Origin: an uncultured Gammaproteobacteria bacterium | GTDB lineage: Bacteria > Patescibacteriota > Microgenomatia > JALYQM01 | DNA length: 64,000 bases | Assembly (NCBI GenBank): GCA_964525495.1 | Contig: CAZGHS010000003.1 | Coordinates: 52,022-116,021 of the forward strand | Direction: 5' to 3' | Part shown: piece by piece, positions 37,391 to 49,277 of the stretch | Layout: each line of letters opens with the position of its first letter | How positions within the stretch are numbered: the stretch's first letter is position 1 | Program-made: the position numbers and the translations under genes | Notes under the pieces: model-generated | Seen by the model: only the letters and a program-made list of their open reading frames with translations | What the model was told of the DNA's origin: nothing | Database searches by the model: none

Positions 37391-38383
37391 TTATTCATTT
37401 TTTTCTAGAGGCTGGTCACTACCGTTAAAGAGCACAAAATCAAATACTCCTGGGAGTGTTGGGTAAGACTGATATACTCGAATTTTGCGTATAACGTCGC
37501 CAGCATTGCCTGTTGATTCGATTACTTGGCCTTGAGCAGGCAACACTGCATCACCAGGGTCAACAGCAATGTCGTGTGATGTTGTATTGTATAGAGGTTT
37601 TAATCTCATTAGTAGGTATTTTCGTCCTGTAGACGAGGCTGATGCAAGTCTCAGTGATTTTCTAAAGTTATAATTCTTTGTCCCTTGAGAGGTGTTAGTT
37701 AAAGGGAAATTTCCCGAAGTAAGGTTAGCACCTGATTGGTTACAGATAGTTGAATCAGCTGTTGATACTGCGTTACTGAAGTTATTTGATGTACTTCGTG
37801 TTTGGTAAGGATCATATGCACATTTTTCGACTTGAAATGCATTTGCGTTGTCGCGATAGAGGAGAGTAACTTCGAGAGCAGGGGTTGATGCATTAGGAGC
37901 ACCACCGGTCGGAGTTCCCCAATAGATAGTTATATCTCTGTTTGCGCATTCATTAAAATAGTTTGTTCCACTTGGGCAAGAAACAACTGGAAACGTAGAG
38001 GAATTTCTGTATGATTCATAGTTGAATAACCAAACTTGAGATGCCTCATCCTTTTTAAATGGGTTAGGAAACATGAACGGTTCGTCAGTGTTTCCTTGAG
38101 TGGATGTATTTGTTTGATATGTTGATTGATTTGCACCAGTTGCACCAAGACCTTGTGTCCCTGTTCCTGTGACTGTTCCACCAGGGCGTAACGCTTCTTC
38201 AATGCCAGCTTCCGCTGCTGAATATGCACGGTTTGCGTTTTCTGTATTAGTGGATAGACGTGTATTTGTGATAGTTCTAGAGATAAGGGATAATCCTACG
38301 GTAAGAGCGATAACAAGTACGAGCATTACTACTATTACCATTTGGCCGGACTGATCTGTTAAGTATTTTTTTAAATTTTTCAT
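37391..38383 (-). CDS. PilX-like minor pilin
   Basis: SG|QMVIVV without Glu5; AYSAAEAGIE.AL. Confidence 0.8.
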   Translation of the reverse strand: MKNLKKYLTDQSGQMVIVVMLVLVIALTVGLSLISRTITNTRLSTNTENANRAYSAAEAGIEEALRPGGTVTGTGTQGLGATGANQSTYQTNTSTQGNTDEPFMFPNPFKKDEASQVWLFNYESYRNSSTFPVVSCPSGTNYFNECANRDITIYWGTPTGGAPNASTPALEVTLLYRDNANAFQVEKCAYDPYQTRSTSNNFSNAVSTADSTICNQSGANLTSGNFPLTNTSQGTKNYNFRKSLRLASASSTGRKYLLMRLKPLYNTTSHDIAVDPGDAVLPAQGQVIESTGNAGDVIRKIRVYQSYPTLPGVFDFVLFNGSDQPLEKNE

Positions 38384-38419
38384 AACTATATTTTAGTGTG
38401 CATATATTTTTATAAATAA

Positions 38420-39199
38420 TCAATAGCTTCTTAATGATATTGTTAAATCAAACGGTACCTCCGCCAACGAATCTGTACGACTTGAGGCATTTATGCCTTG
38501 TACAAGGGTATATTTGATTGATACAAGTGATGGTTTGTTTGGGGTAGTTCGTATGCTGATGATAGGGTAGTTTGATGAAGTAGTTGGGTTAATGGTTGGT
38601 CTTAAACTCACACCACTTTGTTTTTCGGTATTGGTAATAACTTGTCCGATGGTAGCTGCATTTATTGGTATTCCTACTGTATTTTTAAGAATGCCATCAG
38701 GCAGCAGAGAAGTGTCTTCGACAAGTCGAATATTGCCGTTGCATGATATCGGGTTAGTTGAAGAGTCTTGGTCTGATGCTAAAAACGGGACACTTCCGCA
38801 TTCACGATCGTGTTCAGTATTAAACTGTATCTTAGTATATCCACCATTCGTGGCAGGGTTTTTTACTATAATTGCACAAATATTTCCATCAGTAGGGGTG
38901 GTACATGTTTCCTCCGATGAAAACAAATCTGAATTTACCCAGTTCCATGGCTGGTTGTACGGTTTGCTACCAATGGCAACCACTGATTCCGCATTTCTGA
39001 CGAATCGTTCAATTTTGTTAAGGGAGGTCTCGCCATTTTGTTTTACCTCGGTAATAATATTTCCTTTGTTGGATGCTTTGATGATTTGTACAAAAATGTC
39101 AGAGGTAATGCCTGCAATAATACCGATAATTGCTATAACTACGAGCATTTCGATCAATGAAAAGCCTTGTTCGTTTGTATTCTTCATATTTATTGCCAT
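38420..39199 (-). CDS. PilW-like minor pilin
   Basis: QG|FSLIEMLV class III signal peptide. Confidence 0.8.
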   Translation of the reverse strand: MAINMKNTNEQGFSLIEMLVVIAIIGIIAGITSDIFVQIIKASNKGNIITEVKQNGETSLNKIERFVRNAESVVAIGSKPYNQPWNWVNSDLFSSEETCTTPTDGNICAIIVKNPATNGGYTKIQFNTEHDRECGSVPFLASDQDSSTNPISCNGNIRLVEDTSLLPDGILKNTVGIPINAATIGQVITNTEKQSGVSLRPTINPTTSSNYPIISIRTTPNKPSLVSIKYTLVQGINASSRTDSLAEVPFDLTISLRSY

Positions 39200-39699
39200 T
39201 CTGTTAATAAAGTATTAGCTTCAGCTTTATGATCGCCCTTACCATCACTCCATGCTACCTGTATGTAAATTGTTTTTCTATTAACATTACTGCCATCGTC
39301 TGCAATTCGAATTTTTCGTCTAAAAATTGTCTCTATTAATTCGTCGTTGTTGTCATTACAATCGCTGCGTAGTCTGAGAGAGAGAATGTTGTCATTTAGG
39401 TTATAACATCGCCCGCTTGCTCCAATATTCGTAGACCATAGGGTGGACCACATTGTCCCTGTTGCAGGATCGTTGTCTGTATCATTAATATCGTTGTCTT
39501 GATCTCGGACGGCACGTACCAGTTCAAGCGACCTTTGTGCGATGCGCGTGGCTTGGTTTTGATTTTTAGCAAATTGCGCTTCACGTACTGCGCTAATAGT
39601 TGCTGATGTAAACGCCAGGACTACTATGATTGCGATACTGAGAGAAATAATAACCTCTACGAGTGATTGTCCTTTTTCGTTACGCAAAATAGATTTCAT
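39190..39699 (-). CDS. PilV-like minor pilin
   Basis: KG|QSLVEVII; ATRIAQ..LE..R; V.W near the C-terminus. Confidence 0.8.
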   Translation of the reverse strand: MKSILRNEKGQSLVEVIISLSIAIIVVLAFTSATISAVREAQFAKNQNQATRIAQRSLELVRAVRDQDNDINDTDNDPATGTMWSTLWSTNIGASGRCYNLNDNILSLRLRSDCNDNNDELIETIFRRKIRIADDGSNVNRKTIYIQVAWSDGKGDHKAEANTLLTEWQ

Positions 39700-39755
39700 A
39701 GTAGATATATGTTACTTGTATCTTAATTTTAATGTCAACAATGGGAGCAAGGAGC

Positions 39756-40346
39756 TTACGGATCAGATACGGTGAAATTTGAGTTGGTTTGCACTGTTCC
39801 GTGAGGTGTGCTAGTGCCCGAGGTGTCTGCGCTCCCAATATTGCAGCGTGTAGTAGATGCTGCGTCACAGGAAACTCCACTCCAGGCAGTAGCCCCTGCA
39901 ACGTTGCAATATTTATCTACATCGTTTGCATTTTCTAATCGAGCGTATAAGTTAAATCGTCTACGTCGTGTTGGTGCGGTAACCTGCTCTGTACAGTAGT
40001 AGTATTGGTATACATTGCCTGATGTATTGGAATTTCTTGGGTCTTTAGGAATGCTCTTAATATATACATCTGTTGTAACAACAGGATCCGTTAAGACTCC
40101 TGAGTTAAATGAAAATGTACCACCTGATCCGCTACCAATATCAGGATATTGATTGTTTTGAGAATAATACATCTCAAGTCCCTGAGCAATTGTTTTTAAG
40201 TCTGCTTTTCTTCGACCGTCACGTGCCCTTGCTTGAGCAATTGTTAAATTGGATGTGATAAGCGTTGTCAAGATTCCAATGATACCTATTACTACGAGTA
40301 ATTCGATAAGGGTGAACCCGTGAGACTGCTTTTCTGTTTTATTCAT
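39756..40346 (-). CDS. Type IV pilin (GspG-like)
   Basis: HG|FTLIELLVV, ARD..RK.DL, IPKDP. Confidence 0.9.
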   Translation of the reverse strand: MNKTEKQSHGFTLIELLVVIGIIGILTTLITSNLTIAQARARDGRRKADLKTIAQGLEMYYSQNNQYPDIGSGSGGTFSFNSGVLTDPVVTTDVYIKSIPKDPRNSNTSGNVYQYYYCTEQVTAPTRRRRFNLYARLENANDVDKYCNVAGATAWSGVSCDAASTTRCNIGSADTSGTSTPHGTVQTNSNFTVSDP

Positions 40347-40347
40347 A

Positions 40348-40809
40348 TTATGGATTAACTACTGTGTATGTTCTGTTACCATTGTTTGCTGTACCATTGC
40401 TTCCGCACGAAGTGTTCGTCCACGTTCCAATAGCGTCAGTGAGATTTTCTAAACAAGCTCGCATAGTGTAGACTGTGCCGCTTGATGCGTATGTATAAAC
40501 GAAAACTCCTGTTCCGCGAGGATCGTCTGGAAGTACTCTAATATAATTGGGAACGAGTGGTGTACCAAGAGCAGTGAACTGCGCGGCAGATGGAACAGTT
40601 GTATTGGTAGATACTGGATAGCTGCCTGTGTCTATTCTAAATTGCTCTAAACCGTCACGAACAATCTTTAAATCATTCTTTCTTTCTGCGTCACGAGCAC
40701 GACCTTGTGCACTATTAAAGTTGCCGAGAGCCAAGCTAGCGAGAATGCCGATAATTGCTATGACTACGAGTAATTCAATAAGTGTGAAACCTTTAGATAG
40801 ATTTTTCAT
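40348..40809 (-). CDS. Type IV pilin (GspG-like)
   Basis: KG|FTLIELLVV, ARDAERKNDL, LPDDP. Confidence 0.9.
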   Translation of the reverse strand: MKNLSKGFTLIELLVVIAIIGILASLALGNFNSAQGRARDAERKNDLKIVRDGLEQFRIDTGSYPVSTNTTVPSAAQFTALGTPLVPNYIRVLPDDPRGTGVFVYTYASSGTVYTMRACLENLTDAIGTWTNTSCGSNGTANNGNRTYTVVNP

Positions 40810-40815
40810 AGTTAA

Positions 40816-41745
40816 TTACCTCAATGATTGTCCTAATATATCAACTGTATACCAACTGAATAATTGATTGCCAAAGAACATAACAATAAAGCATGCAATT
40901 ATTAAGAATGGACCGAAAGGAATCGTCTGCTTTACCTTTCTTCGTTGTGCTATAACCAGTATGATGCTAACGAATGCGCCTGTCAAGAATCCTAAGAAGA
41001 TTGCTACTACCATATTAGGCCAACCAGTTAGTAATCCTATTAGAAAACCTAATTTTAGATCACCTCCACCCATTCCTCGTCCTTTCGTTACTACTATAAG
41101 TAAGAGGAAAAATAATCCGATAGCTATACTTCCTGCAATTGTTTGTAGAAAGGTGTTGGTTGCAAAGGTAGCTAAGTTGGTGACCATACCTGCTTCAATT
41201 AATTTTTTCCCAAATTCGGATCCTTGCAACTGAATATAGTAGGTAGCTGTATAGTACATAATAACGATGACTTTGTATGATAGAACAAACACAATTGTCG
41301 GCAGGAGGATTCTGTCGTAGAGCATTCCATATTTAAAGTCTGTGATAAATAGTGCGATAAGAGGTATCGATACTACGAAGTAAAAGAGAAGGGGAATGGT
41401 AGGTCCAAAATCTAAAATATGAATTGCATTATTCATGTAGTCAGCATAGGTGAATCTGTACGAGGTAACTAAAAGGTATACGGTTGTAAAGATAAGGGCA
41501 GTAGCTATTTCGATAATGATGTATTGATTGGATAGTTTTACTTTACAGTATGCACAGCGACCTTTGTTTTTTAGGAAACTTATTATCGGTATTAAATCCT
41601 GAGGTTGTAGTTTCTTGTTGCAGCTTTCGCAGTAAGATCTTCCTTTGATGCTTTCTTTACGCGCTGTTCTTTCTGCTAATACATTGATAAAACTACCGAT
41701 TGCTGCGCCTAATATAAATACAAAAGGGAGGAGTATTAACTGCAT
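40816..41745 (-). CDS. pilD: Prepilin peptidase
   Basis: GSFINV, RSYCESC, GRCAYC, MGGGDLKL, IPFGPFL. Confidence 0.93.
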   Translation of the reverse strand: MQLILLPFVFILGAAIGSFINVLAERTARKESIKGRSYCESCNKKLQPQDLIPIISFLKNKGRCAYCKVKLSNQYIIIEIATALIFTTVYLLVTSYRFTYADYMNNAIHILDFGPTIPLLFYFVVSIPLIALFITDFKYGMLYDRILLPTIVFVLSYKVIVIMYYTATYYIQLQGSEFGKKLIEAGMVTNLATFATNTFLQTIAGSIAIGLFFLLLIVVTKGRGMGGGDLKLGFLIGLLTGWPNMVVAIFLGFLTGAFVSIILVIAQRRKVKQTIPFGPFLIIACFIVMFFGNQLFSWYTVDILGQSLR

Positions 41746-41764
41746 ATGCTTTTTACAGTAACAT

Positions 41765-41805
41765 AAAAAAAAATCGTATACAACATTGCTGAAGTATACG
41801 ATTTT
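41765..41805 (-). terminator. Intrinsic terminator after the probable major pilin gene
   Basis: AAAATCGTATAC...GTATACGATTTT with a long U-tract on the minus strand. Confidence 0.75.
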
Positions 41806-41825
41806 CTTGTAATTCCTTTTAAGAA

Positions 41826-42395
41826 TTAAATCAAAGTCAAACCAGGAGCTGTTCCTGTTTCGAAAATGTTATCACTGTTTCCGCCGTCACCGTTTAACTT
41901 GGTGAGATTTTGTGTGCTTTCGAGATATGTATTTAGCTCGTAAGTAGCGTCTGCTGCGGATCTAAAACTGTATGCTGCTACTGCTGTTAATCTGCTTGTA
42001 GTACAACCTGTACCACCATTGCATGCAACTGTTGTTGATGCGTTGATTGGATCAATTGGGAGAGTAGAGAGGAATTGTGTTAAATCGAATGTTCCTCCTG
42101 ACGCACCTAACCACCCTGTGCCTGCTGCACTTCGTCCACGTCCATCGTTGGATAGACATGCTGTTGTACATGGTAATGTTATAGCTCCAGTTTGCTGTGC
42201 AATAGCTGAATCAACCGCTTTACGCAATGTGCTTAAATCTTGAAGACGTCCAGAGTCTCGACTTCTTCTTAAGAGTTCAGCTGGATTGATAGCGAGCAAC
42301 ACGACTGCTGCGAGAACACCGATAATAGCAATAACAACCAATAACTCAATAAGAGTGAAACCTTTGTTTGCTCTTGTATCTATTGTTGCGATCAT
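41826..42395 (-). CDS. pilA: Probable major type IV pilin
   Basis: KG|FTLIELLVVIAIIG; strong SD GGAAGGGGGTGA; has its own terminator. Confidence 0.85.
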   Translation of the reverse strand: MIATIDTRANKGFTLIELLVVIAIIGVLAAVVLLAINPAELLRRSRDSGRLQDLSTLRKAVDSAIAQQTGAITLPCTTACLSNDGRGRSAAGTGWLGASGGTFDLTQFLSTLPIDPINASTTVACNGGTGCTTSRLTAVAAYSFRSAADATYELNTYLESTQNLTKLNGDGGNSDNIFETGTAPGLTLI

Positions 42396-42430
42396 AGTAT
42401 TAGTTTCACCCCCCTTCCAAAAAGCGTTTT

Positions 42431-43639
42431 TTAAAAACTGCTTGTTAGTTTATATATTGGCAAAATAATGGATAGTACTAAGAATGCTACGCCAACACCT
42501 AACAATATAAGGATGAATGGTTCTAGCGCAGTTGTCAAGTTTTTAATTAAGTTCTCGACCTCGGATTCAAAGTATTTAGATATTTTCAATAGCACTTCAT
42601 CGAGCTTACCCGTTTCTTCTCCCACTTTAATCATTTGCGACAGAATAGGAGGGAAGTTGTCATTTTTACTAATCGGAACAGAGAGTGGATTTCCGTGTTC
42701 TACATCTTTTGCTGCCTGTTTGATCGCGTCATAATATACGCGATTTCCCACTGATTCGCTCACGATATTTAATGCTTCGATAATAGGAATACCAGCACCA
42801 ATAAGAAGTCCGAGAGTACGCGAGAACTCTGTCAATGCGCTTTCACGTTTTATTCTTCCAAATATCGGTATTCTATACGTCAATTCGTCGATTTGTTTTG
42901 CGCCAATATCGGTTGCTGAATATCTCTTATAGAAGAAGAAAGCGCCAGCCATGCTGAGGATCATGAGCCACCAAAATTCGACAAAGAAATTAGATGTTGC
43001 TATAAGGATTCGAGTAGGGGCTGGCAACTCTACACCCATGTCCTTGTACATGCCTGTCAGACGTGGGATAACGAAGATCATCATGATAAACATCACAACG
43101 GTAATCGCAATAATAACGATAACAGGGTAGATCAGCGCACCTTTTGTTTTTGCTTTGAATTCGCGGTCTTTTTCTAGGTTTTCTGCTAGGCGATCAAGAA
43201 TGGTGTCAAGCAGTCCTGAAGCTTCACCAGCTCTCACTAAGCTGATATAAATTTTTGTAAATGTTTTAGGATGCTTGGCTAAACTGTCTGCAAAAGAGCC
43301 ACCTCCTTCAATGTCGCGAAGAAGGGCTTCCTGTACTATGGTAAATTGTTTACTTTTTGTTTGAGCTTTTAGGATGGTGATAGCTTCAGTGAGTGGTAGA
43401 CCAGCCGTGATCATGGTTGAAAGCTGCCGAGTAAAGTTTGTGATATCGCTTTCTGCTACTTTTTGAAATTTTCCAAAGATTCTTTCTAACGAAAATCCTT
43501 CATCAGTTGCTTTAATAGCGAGAACTATCAGACCACGCTCTCGTAAGATTTTGCTGGCTTGTTTTTGATCAACGCCTTCGACAATTCCTTCACGAGATGC
43601 ACCATCTCTGCTTTTTGCTTTATAATTAAATTGTCTCAT
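42431..43639 (-). CDS. pilC: Type IV pilus platform protein PilC (GspF family)
   Basis: FTRQLSTMITAGLPL, GEASG.LD, GEETG.LD, LEP. Confidence 0.95.
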   Translation of the reverse strand: MRQFNYKAKSRDGASREGIVEGVDQKQASKILRERGLIVLAIKATDEGFSLERIFGKFQKVAESDITNFTRQLSTMITAGLPLTEAITILKAQTKSKQFTIVQEALLRDIEGGGSFADSLAKHPKTFTKIYISLVRAGEASGLLDTILDRLAENLEKDREFKAKTKGALIYPVIVIIAITVVMFIMMIFVIPRLTGMYKDMGVELPAPTRILIATSNFFVEFWWLMILSMAGAFFFYKRYSATDIGAKQIDELTYRIPIFGRIKRESALTEFSRTLGLLIGAGIPIIEALNIVSESVGNRVYYDAIKQAAKDVEHGNPLSVPISKNDNFPPILSQMIKVGEETGKLDEVLLKISKYFESEVENLIKNLTTALEPFILILLGVGVAFLVLSIILPIYKLTSSF

Positions 43640-43646
43640 GTTAAAT

Positions 43647-44708
43647 TTACTTTCCTGTTCCTAGAATTCTATTTAATTCTTTAACGTTATTTGCATAACT
43701 CTGTGCTACCTGTAAAGATATTTGTCCAGATTTTACTTTTCGTGAAAGTGCAGATTCAATACTTTCCATGCCTAAATCACCGCTTGTCTGAATAACGTTG
43801 TCGAGTAAATGAGTTTTTCCTTCTCGGATAATTGTTTTTACAGCAGGAGTGTTAATTAATATTTCATTTACAACGATTCGTTCTCCGTTAAGAGAGGGGA
43901 TTAGTCGCTGCGAAATTACCGCAACTAACGTTTCAGCCAACTGCAATCTTACTTGATCCTGTTGATGTTCTGGGAATACATCAACAATGCGGTCAATTGC
44001 TTGTGGAGCTGAGTTTGTATGTAGAGTAGAGAATACTAGATGTCCTGTTTCTGCTATAGTAATGGCAGAGCCAATTGTCTCATAATTGCGCATTTCTCCA
44101 ATCAGTACAACATCAGGGTCTTCACGAAGAGCGCTTGATAAGGCGACATCCCATGAATGTGTGTCTAATAAAAGTTCACGCTGAGATACAAACGCCTTAG
44201 CTTTTGGATATACATACTCGATTGGATCTTCAATTGTTAAAATATGACAGGCGCGATTTTGATTAATTTCATTGATCATAGCCGCGAGTGAGGTTGATTT
44301 CCCATGTCCAGTTGGTCCACACATTAATACAAATCCTTGCATCATTTGTGTAAATCTGAAGAGTATGTTTGGTAATCCGAGCTCGTCAATATTGCGAATA
44401 CGGAGGGGTAACATACGAAGTGCGGCTGAAATATATCCCTTTTGATAATACGCGTTTACACGGAAACGGGCTACATCGCCTAATGCGAACGAGAAATCTA
44501 TTTCCTTATTTGCTAAAAACATCTCTCTTTGCTCTTGTGTTAATAGCGCAAATACAAGTTTCTCAACTTCATCAGGGGTAAGTGGAGCTGCATTTGGCAC
44601 TGGAGTTAAATGTCCATGAATACGCAGTGTTGGCTCGGAGTATGCAATAAGATGGAGGTCAGACGCACCTTTTTGTATTGTAACTTGTAAGAGCTGTTCG
44701 ATTGTCAT
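43647..44708 (-). CDS. pilT: Retraction ATPase PilT
   Basis: GPTGHGKST, TIEDPIE, LREDPD, AETGHLV, AVKTIIRE (AIRNLIRE-like). Confidence 0.95.
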   Translation of the reverse strand: MTIEQLLQVTIQKGASDLHLIAYSEPTLRIHGHLTPVPNAAPLTPDEVEKLVFALLTQEQREMFLANKEIDFSFALGDVARFRVNAYYQKGYISAALRMLPLRIRNIDELGLPNILFRFTQMMQGFVLMCGPTGHGKSTSLAAMINEINQNRACHILTIEDPIEYVYPKAKAFVSQRELLLDTHSWDVALSSALREDPDVVLIGEMRNYETIGSAITIAETGHLVFSTLHTNSAPQAIDRIVDVFPEHQQDQVRLQLAETLVAVISQRLIPSLNGERIVVNEILINTPAVKTIIREGKTHLLDNVIQTSGDLGMESIESALSRKVKSGQISLQVAQSYANNVKELNRILGTGK

Positions 44709-44716
44709 AGATCTCC

Positions 44717-46456
44717 TTAATCTTGTGCAACACGTAGTACTTCTTCAAGAGTAGTTAATCCTTCAATAGCTTTCAAGTACCCATCTTGTTTCATGGTTAT
44801 CATTCCATCTTCAACTGCCTGGTTTTCTATTGCAGATGCAGGTTTTCTTTCCAAAATTATTTTTCCTATTTTTTCTGTTACGACGAGTACTTCATAAATA
44901 CCAACACGGCCGCGGTATCCTGTATCATTACAAGATTTACATCCTTTTCCTTTATACAGTACGAGTTTTTGATTTTCAGAACTGCCTTTATTGACTGCAG
45001 CATCATAAATTGTGTTTAAAACTAATTTAACTTCCTCGACAACTTCCGGAAGTGGTTCTACTTGCTCTTTGCAGTCTTCGCAAATTTTTCGCACAACCCG
45101 CTGTCCTTCTATGGCGTTAATACTTGATGCTATAAGGAATGGCTCACCACCCATGTCGAGTAGACGTGGAAGTGCTCCTGCTGCGGAGTTGGTATGAATA
45201 GTTGAGAAAACCAAGTGCCCGGTTAAAGATGCTTGAATAGCAAGATTTGCAGTTTCTCCATCGCGAATTTCTCCCACCATGATAACGTTTGGATCCTGTC
45301 GTAAGAACGAACGCAATCCAGATGCAAATGTTAAGCCTGCCTGAGGATTTACTTGTACTTGGTTTATTCCTGCCATTTGGTATTCGACTGGATCTTCGAG
45401 AGTCACTATGTTTACTCTAGGGGAGTTGATTTTTGTAAGAAGGGAATAGAGGGTTGTTGTTTTACCAGAACCAGTAGGACCTGTTACGAGAATAATGCCG
45501 TGTGGACGTAAGGCTTGTGTCTCCAGATTTTTGAGAGTTGTACCGCGTAGCCCAAGGTCGGCAAGACTCGGCACACCACCAGTTTTTTTTAGTAAACGCA
45601 TAACGACTTTTTCACCGTTTACAGTAGGGAGTGTTGAAACACGCAAGTCAACTTCTTCAGTGCCAAGTTTGAAGTTGAAACGTCCGTCTTGAGGGATACG
45701 ACGCTCGTCGATCTTCATGTCGGATAAGATTTTAACGCGTGAAACAACTGCATCATGTACTTTGCGAGGCAGTACTAGCTTTTCTTGTAAAATGCCGTCA
45801 ATACGATAACGAATACGAGTTTTTTCCTCCAGTGCTTCAATATGGATATCTGATGCGCGAGCTTTAATCCCGTATTCGAGAACTGTAGAAACAATTTTTG
45901 CGACTGGAGCTTCTCGTATAACTAAATCAGCCTTCGCTTTCTCAGCCTCTTCGTCAATTTTGTTAGAAGTAGGTACAACTCCGGCTTCGCTTAATGCTGC
46001 ACTTACATCAGAGGAAATGTTGTGTGAATACGCATCGGACATTGTGTGCAGTATTGCGGTTTGGGTGGCACTATAAGGAATTACTTTAACTCCAGTTTTT
46101 TGTTCAATGAATTGTATGACCTGAGAATCGAGTGGATCCAGCATTGCGACATGTACGCCATTCTGATCTTGCATGAATGGAATCAGCGTGTATTTTCGTG
46201 CAATGGCTTCTGGTATCAAGTTAAGTGTTTCAGTTGTAATAGAAACGCTTGAAAGATCAGCATAGGGAAGCCCGAGCATCTGTGCTTGTGTTTGTACGAG
46301 CTGGTCTTCCGTAACCCAATTGTTCTCGAGCAAAATTGTCTCAACAGGTTTCTCAGAGTTTATTGTTTCAAGTTTGATGCGTGCAACTTGTTCTTGAGTT
46401 AGGATACCTTGTTTAAACAAAATATCTTCGACGCCCTTGGCAGTTAAAGCTTTCAT
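44717..46456 (-). CDS. pilB: Extension ATPase PilB (GspE family)
   Basis: GPTGSGKTTT, LRQDPN, CEDC...CKSC. Confidence 0.95.
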   Translation of the reverse strand: MKALTAKGVEDILFKQGILTQEQVARIKLETINSEKPVETILLENNWVTEDQLVQTQAQMLGLPYADLSSVSITTETLNLIPEAIARKYTLIPFMQDQNGVHVAMLDPLDSQVIQFIEQKTGVKVIPYSATQTAILHTMSDAYSHNISSDVSAALSEAGVVPTSNKIDEEAEKAKADLVIREAPVAKIVSTVLEYGIKARASDIHIEALEEKTRIRYRIDGILQEKLVLPRKVHDAVVSRVKILSDMKIDERRIPQDGRFNFKLGTEEVDLRVSTLPTVNGEKVVMRLLKKTGGVPSLADLGLRGTTLKNLETQALRPHGIILVTGPTGSGKTTTLYSLLTKINSPRVNIVTLEDPVEYQMAGINQVQVNPQAGLTFASGLRSFLRQDPNVIMVGEIRDGETANLAIQASLTGHLVFSTIHTNSAAGALPRLLDMGGEPFLIASSINAIEGQRVVRKICEDCKEQVEPLPEVVEEVKLVLNTIYDAAVNKGSSENQKLVLYKGKGCKSCNDTGYRGRVGIYEVLVVTEKIGKIILERKPASAIENQAVEDGMITMKQDGYLKAIEGLTTLEEVLRVAQD

Positions 46457-46508
46457 AATGTATATGTTATATTTCTGATAGATTATTAGTTATTCTATGA
46501 TCTAGGTT

Positions 46509-47201
46509 ATGAGAATTGCACTGGATGTGTCAAGCATTGACGGGCGGACTTTCGTTGTTTTTGGTGACACATTAGAGTCTAGAAAGCTCTATATTAATGA
46601 TTTACTTTCACAGCATCGGGAAACTTCCGGTGGTGGCATTTTGCTTGACGAAATTGATGCGAGAGAGAAACATTTATCTATTGAGCATGCGCGGCAGTTG
46701 TTGGAGCGGGTGAGATATACTTCATTGCAGAATGGCACTCAGTTTTTTGTTATTTATGGAGCAGATACCCTATCTATAGTAGTTCAGAATGCTTTGCTTA
46801 AAACACTAGAGGAAGTGTCTAGTGGAAAATCGTTTATTTTAGAGCTTGCCCGGGTTGATTCATTGCTTCCAACAATTCAGTCGAGGGCTTTTCATATTAA
46901 GGTCTCTGGTGAATCCCCGAGTGAGGTTTTTAATGTCAAAGACTTACAGTCTAAGTCGTTAGCTGATCTATTTGTAGTAGCTGAAGAGTATTCGGAAAGT
47001 GTTGAAAAGGCGCGTGATTTAGTGGAAGGCTTGCTTAGTTATATGCGGAAAAAATATCTGGAGAAGGGGATTGTCTCTCAGTATATTAACTTTACCGAAT
47101 TTTTATTAACGAGTTATGGACAAATAGGGAATACGAATGTTTCATTACGATTATTACTGGAAAACTGCATGCTAAATTTTTATAGTCTGTTTGTTAAGTA
47201 G
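46509..47201 (+). CDS. holB: DNA polymerase III delta'-like subunit
   Basis: QNALLKTLEE, LLPTIQSR; Walker A degenerate. Confidence 0.8.
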   Translation: MRIALDVSSIDGRTFVVFGDTLESRKLYINDLLSQHRETSGGGILLDEIDAREKHLSIEHARQLLERVRYTSLQNGTQFFVIYGADTLSIVVQNALLKTLEEVSSGKSFILELARVDSLLPTIQSRAFHIKVSGESPSEVFNVKDLQSKSLADLFVVAEEYSESVEKARDLVEGLLSYMRKKYLEKGIVSQYINFTEFLLTSYGQIGNTNVSLRLLLENCMLNFYSLFVK

Positions 47202-49205
<2,004 letters not shown>

Positions 49206-49277
49206 TCTAATGATGAGTTTCTGGTTACTTGTTGTTAGACGTTATAATATATAACCGGTTTTTTGCATGAAAATTCT

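Noticed and set aside
39756-42395. Pilin antigenic-variation cassettes, shufflon or DGR
   Set aside because: Similarity is limited to the normal FTLIELLVVI N-termini; all copies are full genes, with no RT or template/variable repeat pair
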